Notes: generated by a model from the letters alone, not told the origin. A stretch of DNA of 64,000 nt from Leucoraja erinacea (GCF_028641065.1 NC_073400.1:15066001-15130000); one strand, 5' to 3'. Shown: positions 12,591 to 25,535, counted from the first letter of the stretch. Numbers and translations: made by a program.

Positions 12591-13544
12591 TTGATTGTCA
12601 GATGGGCAGAGTGAGCAACAAAGCTGAAAAGGCAAAAGGGTGTCAGGTAAAGAAAGGGGAGGAGTGAACTGCAAAGCCGGAGTGAGAGGTATGGATGAAA
12701 GACGGAGGGGGATGAAAAGGAAGATAAAAGAGTAAAGGGGATCTCGGGGATGGGAGCCGAGGAGCAGAAAGGAGCAGGGTGACTGGGTTTAGGGAGATGG
12801 CGGGACTAATGTGAGCGCATGGGATGGGGACATGACATGAAATTAGAGAATATATAAATCTCATCTGTGGGGCAAGCTTGAATGATATAACTTTTCAAAC
12901 CTGATCTAAAGGAGCCACAACTCTTTTTGTATAGGTACTGGAATGCCGAGACACGCACGGGTTTGACCCAGTCAGGGAGGTGGAAGACAAACTCAAATAA
13001 AGCATAGATCAGGAAAGCATTGGCGGATGCAGGTTTTCAAGATAGGCACAAAATGCTGGACTAGCTCAGTGGGTCGGGCAGCATTTTGTGTATCTTCAGT
13101 GTAAATCAGCATCTGCAGTTCCTTCCTACACATTTTGTCTGCTCCACTGCAAAATTTCCTCAAGCTATGAAAAAAAAGGGTTTTGACCCGAAAGGTCACG
13201 TGTTCTTTATCTCCAGAGATGCTGCTGAGTTACTCCAGCATTTTGTGTCCAGCTTCATGAAAGCATTTGCCACGTTTCCATCATTCCAAGGAAGATCATT
13301 CTTGACATTCAATAAAATGATATTTCCAGAGCAGTTCCAAGCTGGAACTTGGAATAATCTTATCTGTTGTAAAGTACACAAACAAATTCTTAACTGAAGC
13401 CTCGAGTTTTTGGCAAAAGATTGAAAATGATTTGCTTGAACTGAGTAGAGGCACATTTCTCCTCAGTTTGGGCCGTTCCCAAAGGTACAGAAGCTTCAAG
13501 TCAATTTTAGCAGACTTTAAAGGATCAAGAGATCATCACACACA

Positions 13545-13895
13545 AAATAGTGAATGGCTTGGATAGAGTGGATGGGGAGAGGATCTTTCCACTAATGGGA
13601 GAGTCTAGAACAAGAGGTCATAGCCGCAGAATTAAAGGACATTCTTTTAGGTAGAAGATGAGGAGACATTTCTTTAGTCAGAGGGTGGTGAATCAGTAGA
13701 ATTCTTTGCCACAGAAGGCTGTGGAGGCCAAGTCAGTGGACATTTTTAAGGCAGAGATAGATAGGTCCTCGATTAGTACAGGTGTCAGAGGTTATGGGGA
13801 GAAGGCAGAATAATGGGAGGGAGATCAGCTGTGATTGAATGGCAGAGTGGACTTGATGGGCTGAATTGCCTAATTCTGCTCCTATCACTTATGAC
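13545..13895 (+). mobile_element. CR1/HER1 LINE 3' end
   Basis: TTCTTTAGTCAGAGGGTGGTGAATC...GGCTGTGGAGGCCAAGTCAGTGGA...GCCTAATTCTGCTCCTATCACTTATGA. Confidence 0.85.
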
Positions 13896-14112
13896 CCGAG
13901 TTGAAGTAATGTGCAATGGCGGTGACAGGCATTGCAATGAGGCAATTACATGACTATTTCCTTTCACCTTTGCAGTAAGCATGCCAGTCGATACTTCCAA
14001 AGCTCAGAATGCGCCAAACTGAAAGAGGCTTCACAGAATCTTGACACCCACTTGGTAGTTAGAAATTGTATTGGTATCATCTGTTATTATAAATGGCATC
14101 TGAAATACCAAA

Positions 14113-14393
14113 CTTTAAAGATAGTGTGGAAACAGGCCCTTCGGCCCACGCTGACCAGCGATTTCCATATACTATCCTATACACTAGGGACAATGTACAG
14201 TTTTACGGAAGCCAATTAACCTACAAACCTGCACGTCTTTGGAGTGTGGGAGGGAACCAGAGCACCCAGGGAAACTAACGTGGTCTCAGGGAGAATGTAC
14301 AAATTCCGTACAGACAGTGTCCGTAATCAGGATCGAACCCGGATCTCTGGCGCTGTAAGGCACCAGCTCTACTGCTGCACCACTGTGTCACCC
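14113..14393 (-). mobile_element. HE1/V-SINE
   Basis: Full reverse-strand copy. Confidence 0.85.
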
Positions 14394-14798
14394 TTACATT
14401 TTTCTACAATAAAACAATGTCCTAATCTGCTGTGGCAGTAGTTCATTTACATTTTTATCAGTAATCAATACTCATGGAAGGAAGGTGGGGAGATTAATCC
14501 AACAATAACATAGTGGCGTGGGAAGTAACATAGCTTTGAATTTTTTTTTGAGCTAGCTCTTGATTATATGTACCATGGTCAGCTAAAAAATGGTTTTGTA
14601 AACCATTCCCAAAGGTGCAGTTCTCAACATTTCAGTGGAGCATTAATGAACAAAATAACTGGTTGCTGTGTAATTGTCAACCCAAGATTTTATTGGGGCT
14701 TTTTATTCTCTATTTAACAAACCGAATTAAATACATTTAGGGAAATTCAAGAATCGACAAATGCATCAGCAGAAAACTTTAGTCTTAATTAAACTTCA

Positions 14799-15020
14799 GT
14801 ACACAAAAATGCTGGAGAAACTCAGCGGGTGCAGCAGCATCTATGGAGTGAAGGAAATAGGCAATGTTTCGGGCCGAAACCCTTCTTCAGACTGAAGAAA
14901 GGTTTTGGCCCAAAACGTTGCCTATTTCCTTCGATCCATAGATGCTGCTGCACCCGCTCAGTTTCTCCAGCATTTTTGTGTACCTTCGATTTTCCAGCAT
15001 CTGCAGTTCCTTCTTAAACA
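14799..15020. mobile_element. Penelope-terminus fold-back palindrome (92-bp arms, centre 14891)
   Basis: 14799-14890 is a near-perfect reverse complement of 14892-14983. The centre reads CTTCTTCAG-A-CTGAAGAA. Confidence 0.85.
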
Positions 15021-15206
15021 TGTCAATATAACATCTGCAGATACAAGAAACTACAGACGCTGTACTCTTGAGCAAGACACAGAATGCGGAAGGAACTCAG
15101 TGGGCCATGTAGCATCTATGGTGGGAATGGTCAGGCGACATTTCAGGTTGGGTCATTTTCTATCCGTTCAGTCTGAAGAAGGGTCCAGATTGGAAACATC
15201 AAGACC

Positions 15207-15465
15207 GGGCTGCAAGGTGGCGCAGTGGTCGAGTTGCTGCCTTCCGGCGCCAGAGACCCCGGTTCGATCCCGACTATGGGTGCTGTCTGTACGGAGTTTG
15301 TACGTACTCCCCTGTGATTGTGTGGGTTTTCTCCCGGAGGTAAGGTTTCCTCCCACACTTCAGAGGTTATTTGGCTTCTTCAGTAAGAATTGGAAATTGG
15401 CCCAAGTGTGTCGGATAGTGCTAGCGTACGGGGACTGCTGGTTGGCACAGACTCAGTGGGCTGAG
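15207..15465 (+). mobile_element. HE1/V-SINE
   Basis: GGTGGCGCAGTGG A box, GGTTCGATCCC B box and V-core. Confidence 0.85.
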
Positions 15466-15875
15466 GGTAGACAAAAATGCTGGAGAAACTCAGTGGTGAG
15501 GCAGCATCTATAGAGCAAAGGAATAGGTGATATTTCGGGTCGAGACCCGTCTTCAGACTGATGTGGGGGGGGGGGGGGGGGGGGGGGACGGGTAAGAAGA
15601 AAGGAAGAGGCAGAGACAGTAGGCTGTGGGAGAGCTGGGAAGGGGAAGGAGGGAGAAAGCAAGGACTACCTGAAATTGAAGAAGTCAAGAAGTAAACTAC
15701 CCAAGCGACAAATGAGGTGCTGCTCCTCCAATTTGCTGTGGGACTCACTCTAGCCATGGTGGAGGCCCAGGACAGAAAGGTCGGATTCGGAATGGGAGGG
15801 GGAGTTGAAGTGCTGAGCCACCGGGAGATCCGGTTGGTTAATGCGAATTGTACGGAGGTGTTGGGCGAAGCGTTT
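15466..15875 (-). mobile_element. Penelope-like element 3' fragment (GIY-YIG C-terminus, G23 tract, hammerhead-like terminus)
   Basis: Reverse strand encodes a fragment resembling LEEQHLICRLGSL. The terminus reads CAGTCTGAAGACGGGTCTCGACCCGAAATATCACC. Confidence 0.8.
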
Positions 15876-16397
15876 CCCCATTGCATCGCTAAACTAATCA
15901 CCTACCCATTCGCTCCACAGATGCTGGCTGACTAATTGAGTTCCTCTGGCACTTTGCCTTTTACTCAATAGAACATGCGTAGTGTTGAACAGCGTATCTG
16001 GGATAATACCAGACATATCTTCGAATTAAGTGATTGCACTGGATTTAATAGAAGTTAAATGTCGAAATTAGCAGAGCTAAGTGCTCCCATAACTAACTTA
16101 TTAAAGGAAAGCTGTGCATTCCCAACACATCCGTTTGGGAATGTGGGTAGAGAACAAGGTGCCCAACAGGAGCAGAAAGTCCCATGAATATTACAATACA
16201 TAAATATGTTCAAGCTCAACTGAAGCATTCAAGAGACAGATGAAGAATGTGCATTTTTTTGTGTTAATGAAACTGGCCAAAGAGACCCAACTCTTAGAAA
16301 AAGCATTTGGATATCTGACCAAGTTGTTTCCAATGTGGCCAACATTGAATTTGGTTTGAGTGCTCCTGGGAAGTTTACACTACGCGGGAGTCCACAT

Positions 16398-16716
16398 AGT
16401 TTAGTTTAGGGATACAGGATGGAAACAGCCCCATCATCCCACAGAGCCCATGTCTATCATCGATCACCCGTTCACACTAGTTCAATATTATCCCACTTTC
16501 ACATCTAGTCCCCCCCACACTAGGGGCAATTTTACAAAAGTCAATTAACCCGGAGACCTGCACATGTTTGGGATGTGGGAGGAAACCAGAGCACCTGGAG
16601 GAAACTCACACAGTGGCAGGGATAATGTACAAACTCCACACCAACAGTACCGGAGGGCAGGATCAAACCCAGGTCTCTGGTGCTGTGAGACGTTGGATCT
16701 GCTGGCTGCGCCGCCC
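16398..16716 (-). mobile_element. HE1/V-SINE
   Basis: Reverse-strand copy with (TAAAC)n tail. Confidence 0.8.
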
Positions 16717-16872
16717 AAATATCACTTGTATAACTAGATGTATAATAACTAGATTTTCAAACAAATTATATAAGAAGACAGGAAGCTTTAATATAACATA
16801 TTCAATAAGAGAATTATACCTTCTTCTACCACAAGAATGATGCTTTCTGTGAGTTGCTACAAATACTTCAGA

Positions 16873-17179
16873 CGGTGTGGTGGTGCAGTGGAAGCATTCC
16901 TGCCTTACAGCACTCGCAGCGCCAGTGACCCAAATTCGATCCTGACTCCGGGTGCTGTCTGTATGGAGTTTGTACGTACTCCCCATGACCGCGTGGGTTT
17001 TCTCCGAGATGATTGGTTTCCTCCCACACTCCGAGACGTACAGGTTTGTAAGTTAATTGGCTTGGTATAAGTGTAAATTGTCCTTAGTGTATATAGGATA
17101 GTGTGAATGCATGGGGATCGCTGATCTGTGCGGACTCGGTGGCCATGTTTCTGCGCTGTATCTGTGAACTAAACTAAAC
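16873..17179 (+). mobile_element. HE1/V-SINE
   Basis: GGTGCTGTCTGTATGGAGTTTGTACG core and AACTAAACTAAACT tail. Confidence 0.85.
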
Positions 17180-17939
17180 TCTCGCAGAGTCTCTCAGTCT
17201 TTCCCAGCAAGGATCTGTCTGTCTCAGTGGGAGCAATCACATTGTAGGTGTGCACTCTGCTCTCTGGGCTCTTTTATAAATAAAGAGGGCCGAGTTCTTC
17301 AGTTTAATTGGTAAGCTGTCCTCCAGTGGCAGAGTATATCAAAGGGAGAAAGATACCAGAACCAGTCAAACATACTGAAATTTGGACCTCCAGTTTAAAT
17401 CAGAATACTACAAGCCTGACAATACCTTTCCCAATTGAAGAACACCTGGATGTTCCTAAGAGACTCCATTTATAACTCTCGTTGTTCTCGACAGGGCCAG
17501 CAGCATAATCAAGTCGCACCCTGTCACATCAGCAAAAAGCACACAATATCTCTTCACCACATAACAAAATAGAGCAACTTATGGTAGTTTTGTAATTCCA
17601 TGCCTTTGCATGTCAAGCTAAGCTGGCAATACGATCAGAAAAGATTTTAAATTCAAACAATCACCCAAGTTTAGCAAACAAAGTGATGTCTGTTTATGGC
17701 TTAAATAATGAACTCAAAAAGTTTCCTTCATAAGGATGTGCAATAATCAAACTGGACCTGTCATCATCTGGCCAGGATTACTCATTACTCACAATGCACA
17801 AATTCACAGCATTAAACTTGCTCTTACATAGAGTCATGGAGCAGTACAGCATGGAACCAAGCTCTTCCATCCACCTTGTCCACACTGACCAAGTTGGCAT
17901 ATTGAACTAACCCCAATGCATGCATGCGAACCCAAAACC

Positions 17940-18198
17940 CTTTAGACTTGGGATACAGCGTGGAAGCAGGCCCTTTGGCCAACCAAGTCTGTGCCGACCA
18001 CCAATCACCTCATACACAACCACTATCCTACACAGTAGGGATAATTTACAAAAGCCAATTAACCTACAAACATGTATGTCTTTGGAGTGTGGGGGAAAAC
18101 CAGAGCTGCCGAAGAAAATCCATGCATTCAGTCAGGATCGAACGTGGGTCTCTGGCGCTGTACAGCAGCAACCCTAACGTTGCATCACTCTGATGCCC
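17940..18198 (-). mobile_element. HE1/V-SINE with internal deletion
   Basis: Reverse-strand tail and head motifs are present. Confidence 0.75.
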
Positions 18199-18286
18199 TC
18201 TAAACTCTTCCTATCCAGATATCTGTTCAAATGTCTTTTAAAAGTCGTAATTGCATCCGCTTCTATAGATTCCTCGGGTAGCTCAC

Positions 18287-18334
18287 ACTACTAAGCCATA
18301 TGACATTTCTCACACTGTCATATGGCTTAGTAGT
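18287..18334. repeat. Perfect 19-bp inverted repeat with a 10-nt spacer
   Basis: ACTACTAAGCCATATGACA-tttctcacac-TGTCATATGGCTTAGTAGT. Confidence 0.95.
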
Positions 18335-18714
18335 ACATAACTAAGTTGAAGAACGAATTAGAGAACTGGGAAACGGAAGGCTAGGAGTCTGGTCTAACAG
18401 GAGAAATGTAAAGCCACCTATGAAAGATCTGAAGGACCAAAATAATGGATGCTTTATTTTGCATTCAGAAAAAATATTTGGATTAGGATACATAGAAAGA
18501 CAGAAGAGTCCCTATGAATTAAAGCTGGATAAGAGACGTCAGGAAGATGACCAGTTTGTAAAAATAATCACACTGTGGGATAGTTGATTAATTATATGGC
18601 GTGGAAACAGGCCCTTTTTTTCCCCACAGAGTCTGTGCGTACCTGCGATCCCCGCATGTTGAAGGTGTTAAGCATGCCTGCCTTCATCAGAATGTGGTTG
18701 AGTACAAATGTTGG

Positions 18715-19220
18715 CCCAATCCGAACAACATGCCCCATCTACACTAGTCCCACCTGCCCGCACTTGGCCTAAAACCCCCTAAACCTGTCCAATTCATGCA
18801 TCTGTCCAAATGTCTCTTAAATGTTATGATAGTACCTACCTCAACAATCTCATCTGGCAACTTGTTCCATTTACCCACCATCCTTAGTGTAAAAACGTTA
18901 CCCTTCAGGTTCCTATTAAATCTTTCCCCCCTCACCTTAAACCCATGTCCTCTGGTTTTCGATTCCTCTACTCTAGGTAAAAGACTCTGCATTTACCTGA
19001 TCTCATGGTTTTGTACAATGGATAGAATTTTTGCCACAGAAAATTGCGGAAGCCAAGTCAATGGATATTTTCAAGGCAGAGATTGATAGAATCTTGATTA
19101 GTACGAGTGTCAGGGGTTACGGGGAGAAGGCAGGAGAAAGGGGTTGAGGGAAAGGAAGGTCAGCCAAGATTGAATGACAGAGTAGACATGGGCCTAATGG
19201 CCTAATTCTATAACTTATGA
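18715..19220. mobile_element. Two CR1/HER1 3' fragments in opposite orientation
   Basis: Minus ORF 18744..18992 reads SKTRGHGFKVRGERFNRNLKGNVFTLRMVGKWNKLP. A plus-strand tail follows at about 19020-19220. Confidence 0.8.
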
Positions 19221-19849
19221 ACCTCCAAGATCACCCCATCCTGCACTCCGAAAAATAAAGTTCTAGTCTGCTCATCCTCTCAAGACCAAAGAGTTGCTGA
19301 GGGCAGTGACAATTTGGAAGAGTTAAAGATATTAATTAAGCAAGTGGTTGGATGATTTTATAGCTGGAAAGGCACAACTTCTGATCTGTTGACATTGGGA
19401 AATTAGTGCACCAGGTGTTCACACAGAAGAATGTTGGAGCAAGAAAATGGGAGTCAGGATGTAAGAGATGCTTACATTTGTAATCTTTGTGAGAATAGAA
19501 TTGCTGCTTTAAATCAGAGGAGCTTGATGCCGTTTCAACAATTGATCGTGTATGCCTTTACTAACAATGGAAATCGCGGTAGGCAGCAACTACCCATGCT
19601 GCCTCTATTGTAATGATCGATTGCCATGGTGATGCAGCGAATGATGCAAACTATATTCTATCCTTTACTGCCTCATGTCAAAGGACAAAGAAAAGTTTAA
19701 GATACGCAGTATGCTAGGTCCAACCATCTCCAGCTAGTCCATCAATGTACTTCCATCTCGCACAAGGTCAGAGGTGGGTGGTGTACCCTGATGATTGCAC
19801 TATTTTAATTCAATTTGTAACTCCTTTGCAAATAGAGCAGTTGCTTTCT

Positions 19850-20155
19850 GCTACCGTGGCCAACGGGGGACAGTTTCGTGGAATTTAAAAGATGTATGAA
19901 CTGTATTGAACAATTTGTATAGCCTCCGAAAATGTCGGATGAATTTCTCGCACGGATCACACATTGTATATATTTATTACTTGGACTGGGGCCGCATGAG
20001 TGGCACGGGTGGGGGACAGTTTTGTGGAATTTGAAAAAATGTATAAACTGTATTGAACAATTTGTATAGCCTCCGAAACGGTCGGATGAATTTTTTGCAG
20101 GGTTCATGTATTGTATATATTTATTACTTGAATAAAGTCTATTTTGAAATAAAAA
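19850..20155 (+). mobile_element. Retroposon 3' end (possibly Tx1/L1-like) with a diverged tandem duplication of about 145 bp
   Basis: GGGGGACAGTTT..TGGAATTT...TTGTATAGCCTCCGAAA...TTGTATATATTTATTACTTG occurs at about 19866 and 20011. It ends in AATAAA..GAAATAAAAA. Confidence 0.55.
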
Positions 20156-21829
20156 TGATAGAGCACTTCACTACCACCCTCTGCCTCCCACCACCAAGCC
20201 TGGCTTGTTCACCTGAGATCCACGTGTTCTAAAATTCCCATCTATGACTTGGAACTTAGTGTTCTTAACAACACTATGCAGTCCCTTCACCAGAAGGACT
20301 CCAGCCTTCAAGAAGGCAGCTCCCCAACATCTTTTCAAGCGTAATTAAATAAGCGCGATAAAACCCCACATTCTGCAAAATGTACAAATTAAAAGCAGAT
20401 GCCCTGCATTAAACGACTGTGGAATCAAGTGTTGAGTGGGTTCTTGATATTTGGCTACACATTTTGATTTAAGTAAAAAGACTTAAAAGGGTTAATGAAA
20501 TAATACTTCACAATCGGGCACAACATTTTGAAGCAGCAAAGATTAAAAACCTGTTACGGCATTAATGCTTATCAATGGTTTTTTGCAGTTAACAACAAGA
20601 GTGCTTTACTCCTTAGCCTTGAAGGCATCCATAAGATAGCTTTCTATTTCTAAATACATTGATTTTCTCATTCATGATCTTGCTTATTATCAGCATTTAT
20701 ATCATAGTACTATAATCTAATTGTGCTCTTTTGTCCAGGCCTCTGCAAAATATGCAGTGACAGTAGGGATATGGATCATGTGCAAGCAGATGAGATGAGT
20801 TTAACAGCACCATGTTCAGCAGAGACGTTATGGGCTGAAGGGTCTTTGAGCACTGTGCTGCTCAATGCTCTCTGTTCTATATGCAGATCATGAACTCCAA
20901 GTCATTCGATGAAAGGCAGAACGCTAAATAGTTACTTTTCTAATACCTCTGTTATTTAACCTTTCAATAATTCTTAACTCTTTTGCAAAGGCGTTCTCCA
21001 TTTAAGTCAAAGAGGTGCGACAAATTCCCGAAACCAATTAGCAATAGCGATCGAGCCTAAAGCGACTCTAATACAGCCAATTTTCATTTCATACCAACAC
21101 TTTCACTAACATTAGCAGAGGAAATGTCATCCCAGAGTTAGTTTTTATTAAATATCAGAACATTTATTTCACCCAACATTATGTTTAGGTTGAAGGTCGA
21201 CACAAAATTCTGGAGTAACTCAGCGGAACAGGCAACATCTCTGGATATAAGGAATGGGTGATGCTTCGGGTCGAGACCCTTCTTCAAGTGTACCGAGGTA
21301 CAATGAAAAGCTTTTTGCATGTTATCCAATCAAATAATACTATACATAAATAAAATTGTGTCAAACTCAGGTACAATGGGTGCAGCAAAGGGTGCGACAG
21401 AGTGCAGAATAGAATTTGCAGCATTGTAACACTGAAGCTCCATGGACAAAGTCCAATGTCTGCAATGGGGTAGAGGTGAATTGGACAGTACCCTAGCTCA
21501 TGCAAGGACCATTTAGAAGCCTGTTAACAGAGGGCAAGTGCTGTTCTTGAGACTGGTGGTGCACACTTCCAAGCTTCTGTGCCTTTTTGCCTAACGTAAC
21601 ATTGTAAATCTGCTTTGAAAATTCATCTTGGAAGAATCACTGCAAAGCTAAAATAAGGTAAAATATACCTACAAAATACCACACAAAATCAAGAATAAGT
21701 TGTTCAAGTTATTACATATAATATTGTAAATACAATTCTCTAATAAAGTCTAGGTAAGCATGGAGCCATCAAATTATGGATTTTTCCATGAGCAAATTTT
21801 TTTGCCCAAACCTTCACCTTTGAGGACAC

Positions 21830-22545
21830 CTCCTCCAACGTGATCTACTCCACATGCTGTTCCCAATGTGGCCTCCTGTGCATCAGCGAGACCAAGTGTA
21901 GACTCATCGAACATTTTGCTGAATACTTACTGGATCTCCTAGGTGCTAACCATTTTAACTCCACTTCCCACACTGACCTTTCTGTCCTGGGCCTCCTCCA
22001 TTTCCAGAGTGAGGCCACACTCAAACTTGAGGAACAGCACCTCTTATTCTGCTTGGGTAGCTTACAATCCAACACTATGAACATTGAATTCTCCAATTTT
22101 AGGGTGCCTCTAACCACTCCCCCACCCCACCCCACCCCTTCCACCCAACCTCACTCTCCCTGGCTTCACAATCAGCAATTCTTCAACCCCCGTCTCACAT
22201 CCCTTCTGCTCTTATCTCTGGTCGTTATAGCCCAACCATCTGCCTATAAATATAGCCAATGAACTGGCCTCAACACCCTCTGTGGCAGAAACCCTTGTCC
22301 ATGTCGACCGGGTTTTATTACCTGACCCACACTTTGTCCTAGCCTGTCCACCCCTCTGCCTATCAAAACAAAACCCTTGTCCATGTCGACCTATTACCTG
22401 CCACACTGTCCTGCCTCTCCCCTTTTGCATCTTTCTCTCCCATACAATCAGTCCAATGAAGGGTCTCGACATGAAACGTCACCTATCCACGTTCACCAGA
22501 GATGCTGCCTAACCTGCTGAGTTTCTCCAGCATTTTGTGTCCTTC
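21830..22545 (+). mobile_element. Penelope-like element 3' fragment
   Basis: ORF 21840..22262 IYSTCCSQCGLLCISETKCRLIEHFAEY...LEEQHLLFCLGSLQ..MNIEF is a GIY-YIG endonuclease. The terminus reads GAAGGGTCTCGACATGAAACGTCACC. Confidence 0.85.
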
Positions 22546-23855
22546 CATTCAGTACTATTATCTTGCCCTTTCATTCAGCTATGGTTCTTTTTGCTTGCAA
22601 GTTTAGCCAGAACAAGTCTGGCAGTCACAACCACAACACAAAAGAAAATTGGTGTCTGCCAAGGATTATACATAATCACAAAATAATCCTGATACACAAC
22701 AACTCCACAGGGTTGAAGAGAAAATAACAACAGTGCAATGGTTCTTTGTTGTCACGTATGCACAGCATGGTGAAATTCTTTTGTACAACCCACAAATGCT
22801 TAGTCACCATATTTTGGCAATGGTTACAAAGGGAAAAAGTCCAAGATCCAAAGTCATTTGAGAAAAGAAAGTGTTTACATGATTCTTCAGATACATGGAC
22901 ATTTCCTCACTCTGGCAGTGTGCCCGATCTCCATTTGAAGGAGAAAGATTGCTGCTCAGTTATCTTGCCTACAGCAGAGATCTCGGACCCAACCATCCCA
23001 GAAGATGCTGCCTCCTGCACTTCCTCAGAAAAAATATTGATAATGCGTTATTATCCAAAGACATTTCAAGGATGTGTTTGTGTGATAATCCAGTCACTGC
23101 TGATGGCCTTTGATCCACATGATATTGGATGAGTTTGTAGGAAAGGAACTGCAGATGCTGGTTAAATACTGGATGGCCTGTCTATTTACCAGATATGGAA
23201 TTCATTACCACAGATGGCAGTGGATGCCAAGTCATTGGGTATTTTTAAAGCAGAGATTGATAGGGGCTTGATTAGTAAGGGTGTTAAAGGTTATGGGGAG
23301 AAGGCAGGAGAATGGGGTTGAGATGGAAATAGATCAGCCATGCTGGAATTGCAGTGCAGACTCGATGGGCAGAATGACCTAATTCTGCTCCTGTGTCTTT
23401 TGGGATGGTTGTACTCATGTATGGTATAATTGCACTGGAAAGCACGCAAAATAAAGATTTCACTATACATCCAGATAAATGACAATAGTAAACTAATCTG
23501 TTGCTGCTCATTGTCTGATTTGCACACTATTCACAGGCATAGTGCGCAGATGACCGGTCATTTAGCACTTAGCTCTGTGCCCATCCAAAAGCAATTGTAT
23601 CTGCCATCAGAGATGTCTAAGAACTCTTGCATTTTCTCAGTGTTCCACTTTGAAAACAATACATTATTATGCTCTCAAGGTCAAAGTTCGTTGTTGAACT
23701 CGCAGAGGAACCATCTCAGGCACCGACTTTAGTTTACAGAACAGAGAAATCATGGGTTTGTGACTGATAGGTTTATTGGTGTTACATGTACCAAAGCACA
23801 GCAAAAAGGTTTGCTTTGTATGCTGTATAATCAAATGGGGATAATTCTCTATATG

Positions 23856-24140
23856 GTGTGCACAGTGGTGCAGTGGTAGAACATAGCGCCAGAGACCCGG
23901 GTTCGATCCTGACCTTGGGTGCTGTCTGTGTGGAATTTACATGTTCTCCTCGTGACCACATGGGTTTTTTCCGGGTGGTCCGGTTTTCTCACACATTTCA
24001 ATGACATGCAGGTTTGTAGGTCAATTGGTTTCTGTAAATTGTGGCTGGTGCGTGGGATAGAACCAGTGTGCGGGTGATCGATGGTCAGCGTGGTCAGTGG
24101 GCCAAAGGGCCCGTTTCCAAGTTCTATCTCTAAACGCAAC
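23856..24140 (+). mobile_element. HE1/V-SINE
   Basis: GTGGTGCAGTGG, CCCGGGTTCGATCC, core and tail. Confidence 0.85.
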
Positions 24141-24889
24141 TAATAAATACAATCAAGCTGACCTCAAGTACAAGTGGTGGAGCAAAGATACAGAGCGCAG
24201 ACTATAAACCTGTGCTAACGGTGAAATGGCATCCAAAACTGGTGCGCTCTAGTCATGGCCGATATATCTTCTTCATCCAACTGAGAGTACTCTCTCATCC
24301 GCTGGAAATGATCCAGATATAAACCAATGGCTTTTCAGAGCCATCTTGTGTTTAAAGATACAGCTTGGATACAGACCCTTTGGCCCACTGACTCCACGCT
24401 GACCATCGATCACCCGTACACTAGTTCTATCCTACATTCTTGGAACACCACAACACCAACCCCATAAGGTGATGCTTGACAAGATGCTCTGCCTGTCAGA
24501 GTTATGGATGAGCAAATCTGCAGACTGTAAAAGATCTCTGGAAAACACAAATGTCTTTTCTCGAGCTCTATTCCTTAGAATTCATTGCCACCGACGGCTG
24601 TAGAAGCCAAGTCAATGGATATATTTAAGGCGGAGATTGACGGGTTCTTAATTAGTATGGGTGTCAGGGGATATGGGGAGAAGGCAGGAGAATGGAGTCG
24701 AGAAAGAAAGATAGATCAGCCCTGATTGAATGGCAGAGTAGGCGTGATGGGCTGAATGGCCCAATTCTGCTCCTATAACTTATGAACTTGTATTCAACAT
24801 GCACTTTAGTTTTGCAGCAGTTGGTGCCATGGAGCCAAGGATACTACTAGATTTGGCAACAATTTATTATAATAACTCAACAATATCAC

Positions 24890-25535
24890 ATTAAAGCCTA
24901 TGGCCTAGAAAGCACATCAATGCCTCTACTTCTTCGCAAGTTCAAGGAAGTTTGGCGTGTCTCCAATAACTCTTACCAACTTCTACAGATGCACTGTGGA
25001 ATGCATCACAACTTGATTTGGCAACAGTTCTGCCCAATACTGCAAACTAAAATGGTGATTTATGTAATTGCAGAGAGCTGTCCATGTCCATCACATACAC
25101 CAGCCTCCTCTCTTTCGGCTCCATCTCCATCTCACACTGCCTTGGGAAATCATAACCGATAACCATTTGCACTTTGGTCATGCACTCTTCCACCCTCTCT
25201 CACTGGGCAGAAGATTCAAAAGCTTCAAAGTGAGCACCACCAGACTCAGAAACAGCTTCATCCCCACTTTCAGACAACTTAAGTTCTCTTATAAGCAAAG
25301 GTATGGCCCGGATACCCCAAACTACCTTATTACAAGCCTTGCATATTTTTTATCTACACTTTCTCTCCAGCTGTTATGCCATAATGCTGAAATGCTACAT
25401 TCTGCAATCTTGTGTTTTCTCTTTGTACTACTTCTGCATGACTTGATTGTACTCGTGCATAGTGTGATTTGAGTGGATAGCGTGCAAACACCACTTTCAC
25501 TGTATATCACCGTGTCATTGTACAAGTAATAATAA
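24890..25535 (+). mobile_element. Rex1/Babar LINE 3' fragment, decayed
   Basis: GHALFHPLSLGRRFKSFKVSTTRLRNSFIP motif in ORF 25068..25472. Confidence 0.75.

Noticed and set aside
14905-15513. Longest ORF in the track (202 aa)
   Set aside because: It is chance read-through across a Penelope palindrome and an HE1 SINE.
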